A stretch of 64,000 nucleotides of DNA from Sandaracinaceae bacterium. GTDB taxonomy: Bacteria > Myxococcota_A > Polyangia > Polyangiales > Sandaracinaceae. The stretch spans positions 120,774 to 184,773 of the forward strand of contig JBGAQA010000002.1 of NCBI GenBank assembly GCA_044220955.1, written 5' to 3'. Positions 30,702-39,953 of the stretch are shown piece after piece. Position 1 is the stretch's first letter. The number at the start of each line of letters is the position of its first letter. Below the pieces are notes generated by a model that saw only the letters and a program-made list of their open reading frames with translations, did not search any database and had not been told where the DNA came from. Position numbers and translations under genes: made by a program.

Positions 30702-30922
30702 GGTGTTCCCCTCTGGCGGGTGGAGCGCTGGCCGAGAACCTCTCCCGGCGTGATCGAACAGCCCCGCGCCAACCATGCAGCGGACGATCGGGTCGCCCCC
30801 TTGAGCCCCTCTCGTCGATTGCACGCTCCACCCCGGAACGACACGGACGCACCTCTGCACACGCGCTCCGTCGAGGGGGTGCTCGGGGGCTGGGCGCGCG
30901 CCGACGTCTCGGCGACCGCCGG

Positions 30923-32383
30923 TCAGTACGTCGGAGGCTTCAGGAGCTCGCCGGCCGGACCGAAGAGCGCCTCGGTCGTGACGCCGGCCTCGTTCGCGAT
31001 CGTGCGATCGGCCCCGGCCGCGAGGAGCTTCGGCGCGAGGTCGAACATCCTCGCGTCGTAGGCGACGTGCAGCGCCGTGCGCCCGAGGTAGCGCGCGCGC
31101 ACGCTGGGGTCGGCGCCGGCGGCGAGCAACGCCTCGACGTGCTCGGGCAGCCGCCGCTCGATCGCGGTGTGGAGCACGGGCGTCCAGGCCTGGTCGCCCG
31201 CCTGGATGTGCGCTCCACCCTCGAGCAGCGCGAGGAGCGTCTCGATGGGCGGGGCCTTGCCAGTGCCGGGGTGCGTGCGCACGGCGTGGTGCAGGGGCGT
31301 CATCTTCGTCGTCTCTTCGAGGGCGTCCGGGTCGGCGCCGGCCGCGATCAGCATCTTCACGCGCGTCGTGGCGCCACGCTCGACCGCGCTGTGGAGGGCC
31401 GTCGCACCCCCGGGCATGTACCGCGCGTGGACGTCCGCGCCGCGCGCGAGCAGGAGCGCTGTGACCTCGTCGCTGCTGCTCCACGTCGACTCGCCGAGGG
31501 CGGTGTCCGAGCCGATCCGCGCGCTCGGGCTCGCTCCCGCGTCGAGCAGCGCCGCGACGCACGCGGTGCTCCGGCCGCGGCACGCGACGAGCAACGCTCG
31601 CTCGAGCGGCGCGACGCCCAGGCCACGCGCGCTCACGTCGGCGATCGCCGCCACGAGCGCGTCGAGGGTCTCGTCGTCGGCGGCCTCGACGAGGGCCTTG
31701 GCGAGCTGCTTGTCGGTGAGCTTGCGCGGCTTCTTCGGGGCAGGCTCGGCCTGCGCGGGGCGGAGCGCCTGGTGCGCCGCGGTTCCGGGCGCGGGGCCGC
31801 CCACCGGCGGCGGCATCTTCCCCGGCGCCAGCACGTCGACGTCGCCGACCTTCCCGAAGATGCGCTGCGCCGCGTCCTTGCGCGCTGCGGCGAAAGTCCT
31901 CTCGTTCGCGAGGCCGAGCTGCCGCGCGAGCCACACGTCGAGACCGGCGTCCTCGACGCCGATCACGGGCAGCTCGTCGTGATCGATGAAGAGCACGGGG
32001 TACTCGCCGAGCGCGTCGGGGTCGCCGAGGTAGAGCAGGCGCATCGAGTCGCTGCCGGCGTCGAGCGGCAGCGCGAGGCCGGGCAGGGACTCGCGCGCGA
32101 GCGCGCGGTAGGCCTCGCCCGCCGGACCCGCGTGCTCGGCCATCAGCTCGGCGGCGGGCGCGGGCTCGAGCCAGTCGAAGTCGCGGCGCATCCACCCTCC
32201 GTCGAAGGCGAGCAGCGCGTGCATCGAGGGGCTCAGCGCGACGCCGCACGCATGCTCGGCATGGGCGAGCGCGGCCGCGTCGAGCGGCGAGGGCGCGCCG
32301 ACCGGCGAGCCGTCGCGCGCGAGAGCCGCGAGGATCGCCTGCAGGAGCGGTGTGCCGCGCGCGGGCGGCCTCGGCTTCGCCAT
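30923..32383 (-). CDS. SMI1/KNR4-like N-terminal domain plus ankyrin repeats
   Basis: AEHACGVALSPSMHALLAFDGG...EYPVLFIDHD; ankyrin repeats TALHSAV, TPLHHAV, TALHVAY. Confidence 0.78.
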   Translation of the reverse strand: MAKPRPPARGTPLLQAILAALARDGSPVGAPSPLDAAALAHAEHACGVALSPSMHALLAFDGGWMRRDFDWLEPAPAAELMAEHAGPAGEAYRALARESLPGLALPLDAGSDSMRLLYLGDPDALGEYPVLFIDHDELPVIGVEDAGLDVWLARQLGLANERTFAAARKDAAQRIFGKVGDVDVLAPGKMPPPVGGPAPGTAAHQALRPAQAEPAPKKPRKLTDKQLAKALVEAADDETLDALVAAIADVSARGLGVAPLERALLVACRGRSTACVAALLDAGASPSARIGSDTALGESTWSSSDEVTALLLARGADVHARYMPGGATALHSAVERGATTRVKMLIAAGADPDALEETTKMTPLHHAVRTHPGTGKAPPIETLLALLEGGAHIQAGDQAWTPVLHTAIERRLPEHVEALLAAGADPSVRARYLGRTALHVAYDARMFDLAPKLLAAGADRTIANEAGVTTEALFGPAGELLKPPTY

Positions 32384-32611
32384 GGCCGGAGTTGTCGGCC
32401 GCGTCGAAACGGCGGGCAAGTCCAAACCGCCCGGCGCTCGCCGGCGACCGAGCGTGATGTCGCGCACGGAGCCCGCGGGCTCGAGGACCCTCGACCCTGT
32501 GCCCGGCCCCGGCGTGCGTAGGTGCGCGACGCCCCGTCCGTCTCGAGGCCGAGCAAGCTCGACACGGACGACCGCGCCGATCGTGAGGCGCTCGCAGCCA
32601 TCGGAGCAGCC

Positions 32612-34849
32612 ATGAAGACCGGCACGTCGACCCTGGTGATCCTCGCGCACCTGCTCCTCTGGGGCGTCCCCTCGCTCGCGCTCGCGCAGACCTTCGCTGG
32701 CACGGTGCTCGACCCGACCGACGCGCCGATCGGGGGCGCGGCCGTCGTCGTCAACCACGCCGATCGCGGCACGACGGACGGGGCGGGCGCGTTCTCCATC
32801 GTCTCGCCGCGCGTCCCCTTCGCCGACGACGTGATCGCGACCCGCGCCGGCTGGCTGAGCGTGCTCGTCCAGGTCCCGGCGGCGGCCGACCCGAGCGCGC
32901 TGACGATTCACCTCGAGAGCTACCCGTCCGACCCCGCCACCTTCGCCCCGGAGCCGCCCGCCACCTGCACCGAGTGTCACGGCGCGTACGGTCGCGGATG
33001 GGGCGGGCGACCGCTGGTCGGCGGCTTCCAGCGATCAGCTCACGCCGTGAGCGCGCTGAGCCCGCGCGTGCTCGACATCTGGCGCGGCACGGCGTCGGGG
33101 CGCGCCGACCCGGTCCTCTGCGCGGAGGTCGGCGGTCGCTGGAGCGCGGTGCTCGACGCGAGCGGCGCCACGGTCGAGCGCTGCCACGTGGGCGTGGGTC
33201 TGCTGCCGGACCTCAACGCGCAGTGCGGCCACCCCGGTCAGCCCGAGTGCGACGACCATGGGGCGCCTGCGGGCGCGCGGCCCACCGTGCTCAGCGACTG
33301 CGCCGGCTGCCACACGCCGGGCGCCGCGCTGCGGCTGCCGGCCGAGCTCGACCTCGACGCGGCCGAGGCCGACCCCGTCGCGTCGTCCGTCACGTGCGCG
33401 GGCTGTCATCGCATCACCGAGGTGCTCGACCCCAACGCGCCGGGCGTGCTCGTGGGCGCGCGCGCCGTGCGCGGGCATCCACCCGATGGCGACCCGGTCG
33501 GTCTCGGACCGCTCGACGACGCGGCGACCCAGGGGATGGCGGCGGGCTTCGCGCCCCTCTTCGCGACCAGCACGCTCTGCGCGCCGTGCCACCAGGACAC
33601 GTACCACGCGGCCGGGATGAACCCACGCTGGGAGCCGGGCGGAGTGCCGAGCGAGCAGACCTACGCCGAGTGGCTCGAGACCCCCTACGCGTCGGGCGCG
33701 CGCGAGCGCACGTGCCAGGGCTGCCACATGCCCGCGCTCGAGGATCTCGGCGTCGTCGTCTCGGGCGACCTGCTGATCGGCACCGACGGCCCCGTACGCC
33801 TCCCCGCCGAGGTGCATGCCCACGACTTCTCTCCGCGGACCGACGCCGCCGCGCGCGCCGCCTCGCTCGCGCTGGCCGTCACCGCGACGGCGAGCGGCGC
33901 CGAGATCGTGGTCGACGCCTCGCTCACCAACGTCGGGGTAGGCCACGGGTGGCCCTCCGGCGTCACCTCGCGCAACGGGCTGCTCGTCGTGACCGCCGAG
34001 ATCGACGGCATGGAGCTGGCCCCCACGTCGGGCGACACGCTTCCGCTCTACGCCGGCAGCTACGCCCACGGCACCGTCGCGGCCGTGGCGGGCTCCACGG
34101 TCACGCTCGACCACGCGGTCGACGCGAGCATGGTCGGACGCGAGCTCAGGCTGTGGAGCGACACCAGCGAGCCGCACGAGCACACCAGCTGGAGCGTGCT
34201 CAGGACGCTGCCGCTCGCCGAGCGCGGCCTGTTCCGGACCCGCGCCATCGGCCGTCACCGCATCCTGGCGGTGCGCGGCGCCGACGTCGACGTCGAGGGC
34301 GCGCCGCCCGCGGCCGACGGAGCGCACTGGGCGATCGGCGACGAGACGCGGCTCGCGGGCGCGCCAGGCCTGGGGTTCGCCAAGGTCAGCGTCGCCGCGG
34401 ACGGCACGCCCAACGTGCCGTTCTGGATGGCGACCGATCTCGTCTCCGACAACCGGCTCGCGCCCGACGAGACCCAGCGGTCCCAGCACCACTTCGCGCT
34501 CCCCAGCGGCGCGCGCGGCACGGTGGTCGTGCACGCGCGTCTGCTCTACCGCAAGGCGTTCGCCGACCTCGCGGCGCAGCGCGGGTGGACGGACAACGAG
34601 CAGCTCGCCGCCGAGGCGATGACCAGCGTGGTGCTCGCGACGCCGGACGCCGGCCCGCCGGGCGATGGCGGTGCGCCCGCGGACGGCGGCGTCGGCGTGG
34701 ACGGCGGCGCCGGGCCCGGCGGGGCGGGCGGCTGCGGCTGCCGCGCGGGCGGAGCACGCGACCCCGCGACCGGCCTCGCGGTCTCGGCCGTCTTCTGCGT
34801 GCTCGTCGCGACCCGGCGACGACGGCGCGCCGCGCGCCGCGCTCGCTGA
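32612..34849 (+). CDS. Multiheme cytochrome c (5 CxxCH) with MYXO-CTERM tail
   Basis: Signal peptide; CTECH, CAGCH, CAGCH, CAPCH, CQGCH; C-terminal GGCGC-TM-RRRRR. Confidence 0.85.
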   Translation: MKTGTSTLVILAHLLLWGVPSLALAQTFAGTVLDPTDAPIGGAAVVVNHADRGTTDGAGAFSIVSPRVPFADDVIATRAGWLSVLVQVPAAADPSALTIHLESYPSDPATFAPEPPATCTECHGAYGRGWGGRPLVGGFQRSAHAVSALSPRVLDIWRGTASGRADPVLCAEVGGRWSAVLDASGATVERCHVGVGLLPDLNAQCGHPGQPECDDHGAPAGARPTVLSDCAGCHTPGAALRLPAELDLDAAEADPVASSVTCAGCHRITEVLDPNAPGVLVGARAVRGHPPDGDPVGLGPLDDAATQGMAAGFAPLFATSTLCAPCHQDTYHAAGMNPRWEPGGVPSEQTYAEWLETPYASGARERTCQGCHMPALEDLGVVVSGDLLIGTDGPVRLPAEVHAHDFSPRTDAAARAASLALAVTATASGAEIVVDASLTNVGVGHGWPSGVTSRNGLLVVTAEIDGMELAPTSGDTLPLYAGSYAHGTVAAVAGSTVTLDHAVDASMVGRELRLWSDTSEPHEHTSWSVLRTLPLAERGLFRTRAIGRHRILAVRGADVDVEGAPPAADGAHWAIGDETRLAGAPGLGFAKVSVAADGTPNVPFWMATDLVSDNRLAPDETQRSQHHFALPSGARGTVVVHARLLYRKAFADLAAQRGWTDNEQLAAEAMTSVVLATPDAGPPGDGGAPADGGVGVDGGAGPGGAGGCGCRAGGARDPATGLAVSAVFCVLVATRRRRRAARRAR

Positions 34850-34891
34850 TCGGGAGCGCTCGGAGGCTCGGGCGTCGCGTATCCTCGATCG

Positions 34892-35482
34892 GTGATGCGA
34901 CCTCGCTTCTTCCCGACGGGAGACGCCTTCTATGCGTGGCTCGAGGCGAACCACGCGAAGCGCTCCGAGCTGCTCGTGGGACTGCACAAGCGCGGCACGG
35001 GCAAGCCGAGCCTGACGTGGCCGGAGTCCGTGGACGCGGCGCTCTGCTTCGGGTGGATCGACGGCGTGCGACGCAGCCTCGGCGAGACGTCGTACACGAT
35101 CCGCTTCACCCCACGGCGGCCGAGGAGCATCTGGAGCGCCGTGAACGTGGCTCGTGTCGCCGCGCTCGAGGAGTCGGGGCGCATGCGCGAGGCCGGGCGC
35201 GCGGCCTTCGCGCTGCGAACGCCGGAGCGAACCGGCGTGTACTCGTTCGAACGGAGCGCCGAGGCCGCGCTCACGAGCCGAGAGCGGCGCGCGCTGGAAG
35301 CGAACCGGAAGGCCGCCGACTACCTCGAGGCGCAGGCTGCCTGGTACCGCCGCACGGCGCTCCACTGGGTCGTCAGCGCCAAGCGGGAGACGACGCGCGC
35401 GGCGCGCCTCGCGCAGCTGATCGAGGCGTGCGCCGCGGGGCGGCCCATCAAGCCCCTCGATCGGCGGAAGGCGAAGCGCTGA
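34892..35482 (+). CDS. YdeI/OmpD-associated family protein
   Basis: ESVDAALCFGWIDG, FTPRRPRSIWSAVN, WVVSAKRETTR. Confidence 0.9.
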   Translation: MMRPRFFPTGDAFYAWLEANHAKRSELLVGLHKRGTGKPSLTWPESVDAALCFGWIDGVRRSLGETSYTIRFTPRRPRSIWSAVNVARVAALEESGRMREAGRAAFALRTPERTGVYSFERSAEAALTSRERRALEANRKAADYLEAQAAWYRRTALHWVVSAKRETTRAARLAQLIEACAAGRPIKPLDRRKAKR

Positions 35483-35494
35483 GCCGCCGCCCGC

Positions 35495-35827
35495 TCAGGC
35501 GCGGCGCATCGACGGGTGGCTCATCCGCGGCGCGCCCGCCTGCACGCGCGCGATGTCCATCCTGGCCTGCTCGATCAGGTTCCGGCACTCGGCGCGTCGC
35601 ACGTAGAGGAGGTAGGCCTGCGTGGCGACGAGGCAAGGCGCTCCCAGGATCGCGAGCACGATCCAGAGCGGCGGCGCCCCCCCGATCATCAGCGGGATCG
35701 CGATCAGGACGATCAGGCCGAGCCAGTGCTTGCGGCCCCACTGGTGGTCGAGCACGCGCACCTCCTCCTCGAGACGGACGATCTCCGCCTTCAGGAGGCC
35801 CACCCGCGGATCGGTCTTCTCCGGCAC
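35495..35827 (-). CDS. Small two-TM hypothetical membrane protein
   Basis: GTG after gaggag; two hydrophobic helices. Confidence 0.65.
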   Translation of the reverse strand: MPEKTDPRVGLLKAEIVRLEEEVRVLDHQWGRKHWLGLIVLIAIPLMIGGAPPLWIVLAILGAPCLVATQAYLLYVRRAECRNLIEQARMDIARVQAGAPRMSHPSMRRA

Positions 35828-35884
35828 GGGGCGTCTGTACTCCTCTTCGCGCGGGGTGCCAGGTACGCTGCGGAGCCCGGACGC

Positions 35885-36334
35885 ATGAAGGATCTCGCCG
35901 CGACCATCGACATCGACGCGCCGCGCGCGCGCGTATGGGCGATCCTCGTCGATCTCGCGCGCTACCCGGAGTGGAACCCGTTCACGCCGCGGATCGAGGC
36001 GACGCTGAACATCGGGGACCCGGTGATCCTCCACGTCCGCATGAAGCCGGGCCAGAAGACGATGCGACAGCCCGAGGTGATGACGTCGTACGTCGAGGGG
36101 CAGGAGCTCGGCTGGGGGACCACGATGGGCCTTCCCGTCCTGCTGCGCGCCAACCGCACGCAGAAGCTGACCGACCTCGCGGGCGGTCGGACGCGCTACG
36201 AGACCGTGGACCGCTTCGAAGGGGTGCTCGTGCCGCTCGTGATGGCGCTCTACGGTGCGCACGTGCAGCGCGGGTTCGACGAGACCGCGAGTGCGCTCAA
36301 GGCGCGCGCGGAGCGCTCGCCCTCGCTCCCGTGA
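35885..36334 (+). CDS. SRPBCC/polyketide cyclase-like protein
   Basis: IDIDAPRARVWAILVDLARYPEWNPF...ALKARAE. Confidence 0.88.
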   Translation: MKDLAATIDIDAPRARVWAILVDLARYPEWNPFTPRIEATLNIGDPVILHVRMKPGQKTMRQPEVMTSYVEGQELGWGTTMGLPVLLRANRTQKLTDLAGGRTRYETVDRFEGVLVPLVMALYGAHVQRGFDETASALKARAERSPSLP

Positions 36335-37760
36335 CGCCCGCAGCCGCGAGTGCCTCCCGGAACGCGCTCGCGCCGATCTCGCCCGCGGCGAGCTTGCGCA
36401 CGATGGCCTCGGGCTCGATCGAGCGGCCGTCCTTGGTCGCGCGCGTCTCCGCGCCCGGCGGCGCATCGACGTGGAAGCCGAGGTCGGCGAGGGCGACCGC
36501 GAGGCGACAGCCGAGCAGGTCGCAGACCCGCTTGCGCTTCGCGGCGGGCGAGAGCAGCGAGATGCCCTGCTGGGGCGCCTCGAGCGACTCCCAGCGCGCG
36601 ATCAGGTCGGGGATGGATGCGATCTGCGCGCTGGCGATCTTCGGCTCGGTGCGCAGCCGCGCGCGCCACATCGCCACCCACGTGTCCCCGATCGCGTCCC
36701 AGCGCACCGCGGTGAGCGGCGGATGCCCGGGCATGAGCACGACGTCGAGCGCGTCCTTCTCGGCCCGCTCGACCGAGTCGAGCAGATCGAGGGCGCTCGC
36801 CGAGGGTGGCGGGCGCGTGACGCGCGCCGACTCGAGCGACGCGAGGCGCTCGACGAGCGGCGGGTGCGTGTCGCTCTCGCCGGGCTCGTGGTCGGTGGCG
36901 CGCGCGATCGCCTCCTGCACGTCGGGACGCAGCACGGGCTGCGCCAGGAAGTGGCGGAAGCCGTCGAGCAGCGGCGGCCGGTGCCCCGTGTTGAGCAGCG
37001 GCACGACCTCGCCTTGGAAGTAGGCGCCCCACCTCGGCGCGAGGCGCTCGACGCCGATCAGCGCCCGGGCCGCGGCGTCCTTGCCGACCACGCGGCCGGC
37101 GATCGCGTCGGCGGCGAGCTCCTGATCGCGCGAGGCCTGGCGCGTGAGGCGGAGGAAGACGCGCGCGTAGAGCGCGAAGGGCAGGTGCAGCAGCATGCTC
37201 GCGCCTTCCAGCCGAGCGAGCGCGACCGCGACCGCCGTCCGCGTCCGGTGGATCCAGGGCCCGAGGTGCAGGTCGCCCGCGTGGTGGTGCCCGAGCTCGT
37301 GCGCGATGACGGCGCGCAGCTCGTCCTCTTCCAGCGCGGAGAGCAGGGGCAGTCCGATCCCGATCATCCGGCGCCCGCCGATGCCGAGGAAGCCGCCGCG
37401 ACGGGCGGCGAACGCGTTGACGCTCGCGAGCACGTAGAGCTCGTCGGGCGGTGGCTCACCGACGGCCCGAGCGGTGTCGGCGATGAGCGCGCGCAGCTTG
37501 GCGTGCGCGTCCGTCGGGAGCGGCGGCTCGACCGGCGGACGGCCCCCGCCCATCCGAGGCAAGAGCGCGATCGCCATCCAGACCCCGAACACCCCGCAGA
37601 CGATCCCCGAGACGTCGACGTGATCGGCGTAGCGCGTCTGCGCCCAGGGAACCCAGAGCAGGCCGAGCACGAGCGCCGCCCCGAGGGCGTAGAACCCGAC
37701 GAAGAGCGCGAGCGCGAGCAACGCGCGCGCGGCGAGCGAGCGCGTGGCTCGCTCGCTCAC
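36297..37760 (-). CDS. M48-family Zn metalloprotease
   Basis: VNAFA, HELGH, ELAAD, DTHPPLVERL; GTG overlaps the upstream gene's stop. Confidence 0.88.
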   Translation of the reverse strand: MSERATRSLAARALLALALFVGFYALGAALVLGLLWVPWAQTRYADHVDVSGIVCGVFGVWMAIALLPRMGGGRPPVEPPLPTDAHAKLRALIADTARAVGEPPPDELYVLASVNAFAARRGGFLGIGGRRMIGIGLPLLSALEEDELRAVIAHELGHHHAGDLHLGPWIHRTRTAVAVALARLEGASMLLHLPFALYARVFLRLTRQASRDQELAADAIAGRVVGKDAAARALIGVERLAPRWGAYFQGEVVPLLNTGHRPPLLDGFRHFLAQPVLRPDVQEAIARATDHEPGESDTHPPLVERLASLESARVTRPPPSASALDLLDSVERAEKDALDVVLMPGHPPLTAVRWDAIGDTWVAMWRARLRTEPKIASAQIASIPDLIARWESLEAPQQGISLLSPAAKRKRVCDLLGCRLAVALADLGFHVDAPPGAETRATKDGRSIEPEAIVRKLAAGEIGASAFREALAAAGVTGARASAPRAP

Positions 37761-39892
37761 GTGGACGTCGGCTCCTGCGCGGGCCAGCCGCTGAGCGCCC
37801 GGGCCGCCCACGAGCCGAGCAGGTCGTCCTCGGGGACGCGCGAGAGCAGGCGGCTGCGCTCCTCCGGGCTCGTGGTGGCGCGCGCGCGGACGAGCCACGC
37901 GCCGGCGCGGACCTCGGGCGGCAGGTCGGTCAGCTCCTCGCTCTCGGCCCCGGTGCTCACGAACGACTGCAGCGCCCCGGCGAACGCGGGCCCGAGCAAC
38001 GAGGCCTCGCGCAGCGTCGTGGCCGCGACCGAGTCGGGGTCGCGCCGACACGCCTCGCCGTAGAGCAGGAGAAAGAGCGACTGCGGGAGCTGGCGGATGG
38101 CAGGCCGCGGGAGCGTCTGCGCGAGGGCGAGGGCGCGATCGGGATCCATCGACGAGACGAGGTAGAGCTCCGTCAGGTCGCGATCGACCCCCTCGAGCGA
38201 CGCGAGCTCCGCGCGATCGAGCGGCAGGCCCGCACCGATCGTCGCGCGCATCCGCGCCCCCGGATCGTCCGTGAAGTCGCCGCGCGAGAGCACGAGGCGC
38301 GGGTCCGGGGCCCCACCCGCGAGCGCCGCGGCCGCGTACGCTCCGGCCAAGAGCGGGGAGAACTGCGGCATCCCGAGCGTGACGCCGTCGATGAGCTCGG
38401 CCGCCTCCGCTGCCCGCCCTTCGCGCACGAGGCACGCGGCGCGCGGGAGCGCCATCTGCTCGGAGCCCTCCCCCTGCGCGGCGGGGCGGCCCCATACCTC
38501 GAGCGCCTCGGCGCATCGATGCACGTCGTAGAGTGCGTAGCCGTAGGCGCGCAGCACGTACGCGTGCGCGGGGAAGCGCTCCGCCAGCGCGCGGTACGCG
38601 TCGAGCACCTCCGGTCCGGCCCGGACGCGCGCCGCCAGATAGGCGGCATCTCCGGAGGCGGCGTCGGCGCTCGCGCGCGCCTCGTACTCCGCCTGGACCT
38701 CGGCGCGGCGGCCGAGCGCGAGCATCGCGTCCTGATACGACCGGTGCGCCTCCAGGTCGGCGGGCGCGGCGTCGCGCGCAGCGCGCAGCATCGGCAGGAC
38801 GTCCTCGAAGCCGCCGCCGAGCTGCAGCACGTACCCGGCCAGCTCGGCCGTCGCCGCTGGGTCCCCGGGCGGGAGCACGGCCGCCACGTGCGTGAGCAGC
38901 GCGGAGGCCTCCACGTACTGTCGGCGCGAGGCGAGCAGCGCGGCGCAGAGCCGGAAGCCGCCGGGCGCGACGTCCGCGTGCGTCCGCGTCTCGGTGCCGT
39001 AGCGGGAGTCCAGCTGGAGCGTGCTCGGCGGATCGACGAAGGGATAGTCGACCGACCCCCAGTGCACGTCCCCGCGGCCGCACGCGAGCTCGGGGTCGGG
39101 CGGCGTCGGCGGCTGGTAGAGCGACGAGCCGTACACGACGTCCTCCCGATAGAGAGGTGCAGCCCCGAGCACGTTCCACGCGAGCACGTCCTCGCCGGCG
39201 CGTGCCTCGAGCGTGCCGGTCTCGATCGGGCGGCCGTCGACCGTCGTGATCGTGACGGTCTGGCTACCGGTGCCGAGCACGATCGACGCCTGACCCTCCG
39301 CGGCGACCTGCACGCTCTGATCGCCGACGGTGGCGACGACCGGAACCGGCAGTCCGTCGACGACGTAGAGCGTGGCGTGCTGCGAGGCCCAGAGCGTGGA
39401 GCCGATGCCGAAGAGCGCGGCCCCCGACGCGAGGGTCAGCAGCGCGAAGCCCCAGAGGTACGAGAACGCGCCGAGCGGCGCCTTGCCGAAGAACCGGTAG
39501 CTCCGGCCGCCCGCGTCGGCGACGAGGTAGGCGCCGATGGGGAGGATCGGGACGAAGAGCACGACGAAGAACAGCGTCGTGACGTAGGCGCCGTCGTCGC
39601 CCTGCTCCTCGCGCCCGTAGATCGTCGTGCCGATGCCGTTGACCGTCGACATCACCGGCGCGCGGCCGGCGAGCGGCTCGAGGAAGAGGCGGCGGTTGCC
39701 GAGCAGGGCGTCGGCCTCCTTCTTCGCGCGATCATCGCGCAGGCGTCCGAGCCAGCGCGCCCAGAAGAGCGCTCGGTAGACGCCGCGCGGCGAGCCGCGC
39801 TCGATCGCCTTGCGGATCCCCGGGTCGGTCGCGAGCGGCTCGAGCTCGGGGACGCGAGCCAGGATGCCGGAGGGGTCCATCGGACGCGACAT
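37757..39892 (-). CDS. Membrane protein with TPR-like periplasmic region
   Basis: NGIGTTIYG...FFVVLFVPILPIGAYLV membrane motif, a second TM, then helical repeats. Confidence 0.75.
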   Translation of the reverse strand: MSRPMDPSGILARVPELEPLATDPGIRKAIERGSPRGVYRALFWARWLGRLRDDRAKKEADALLGNRRLFLEPLAGRAPVMSTVNGIGTTIYGREEQGDDGAYVTTLFFVVLFVPILPIGAYLVADAGGRSYRFFGKAPLGAFSYLWGFALLTLASGAALFGIGSTLWASQHATLYVVDGLPVPVVATVGDQSVQVAAEGQASIVLGTGSQTVTITTVDGRPIETGTLEARAGEDVLAWNVLGAAPLYREDVVYGSSLYQPPTPPDPELACGRGDVHWGSVDYPFVDPPSTLQLDSRYGTETRTHADVAPGGFRLCAALLASRRQYVEASALLTHVAAVLPPGDPAATAELAGYVLQLGGGFEDVLPMLRAARDAAPADLEAHRSYQDAMLALGRRAEVQAEYEARASADAASGDAAYLAARVRAGPEVLDAYRALAERFPAHAYVLRAYGYALYDVHRCAEALEVWGRPAAQGEGSEQMALPRAACLVREGRAAEAAELIDGVTLGMPQFSPLLAGAYAAAALAGGAPDPRLVLSRGDFTDDPGARMRATIGAGLPLDRAELASLEGVDRDLTELYLVSSMDPDRALALAQTLPRPAIRQLPQSLFLLLYGEACRRDPDSVAATTLREASLLGPAFAGALQSFVSTGAESEELTDLPPEVRAGAWLVRARATTSPEERSRLLSRVPEDDLLGSWAARALSGWPAQEPTST

Positions 39893-39953
39893 GGTCGCGA
39901 TTCTACGCCGACCGGCGCGCACCCTCCCCTCGGTCTCGCGCTATCCTCGCGCG

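Noticed and set aside
30702..30922. Sigma-54 promoter upstream of pilA
   Set aside because: The best GG-N10-GC candidate lacks the TGGCAC context
32524..32577. Imperfect hairpin upstream of the multiheme cytochrome, attC-like
   Set aside because: It lacks RYYYAAC/GTTRRRY ends and there is no integron integrase; GC-rich hairpins arise easily by chance
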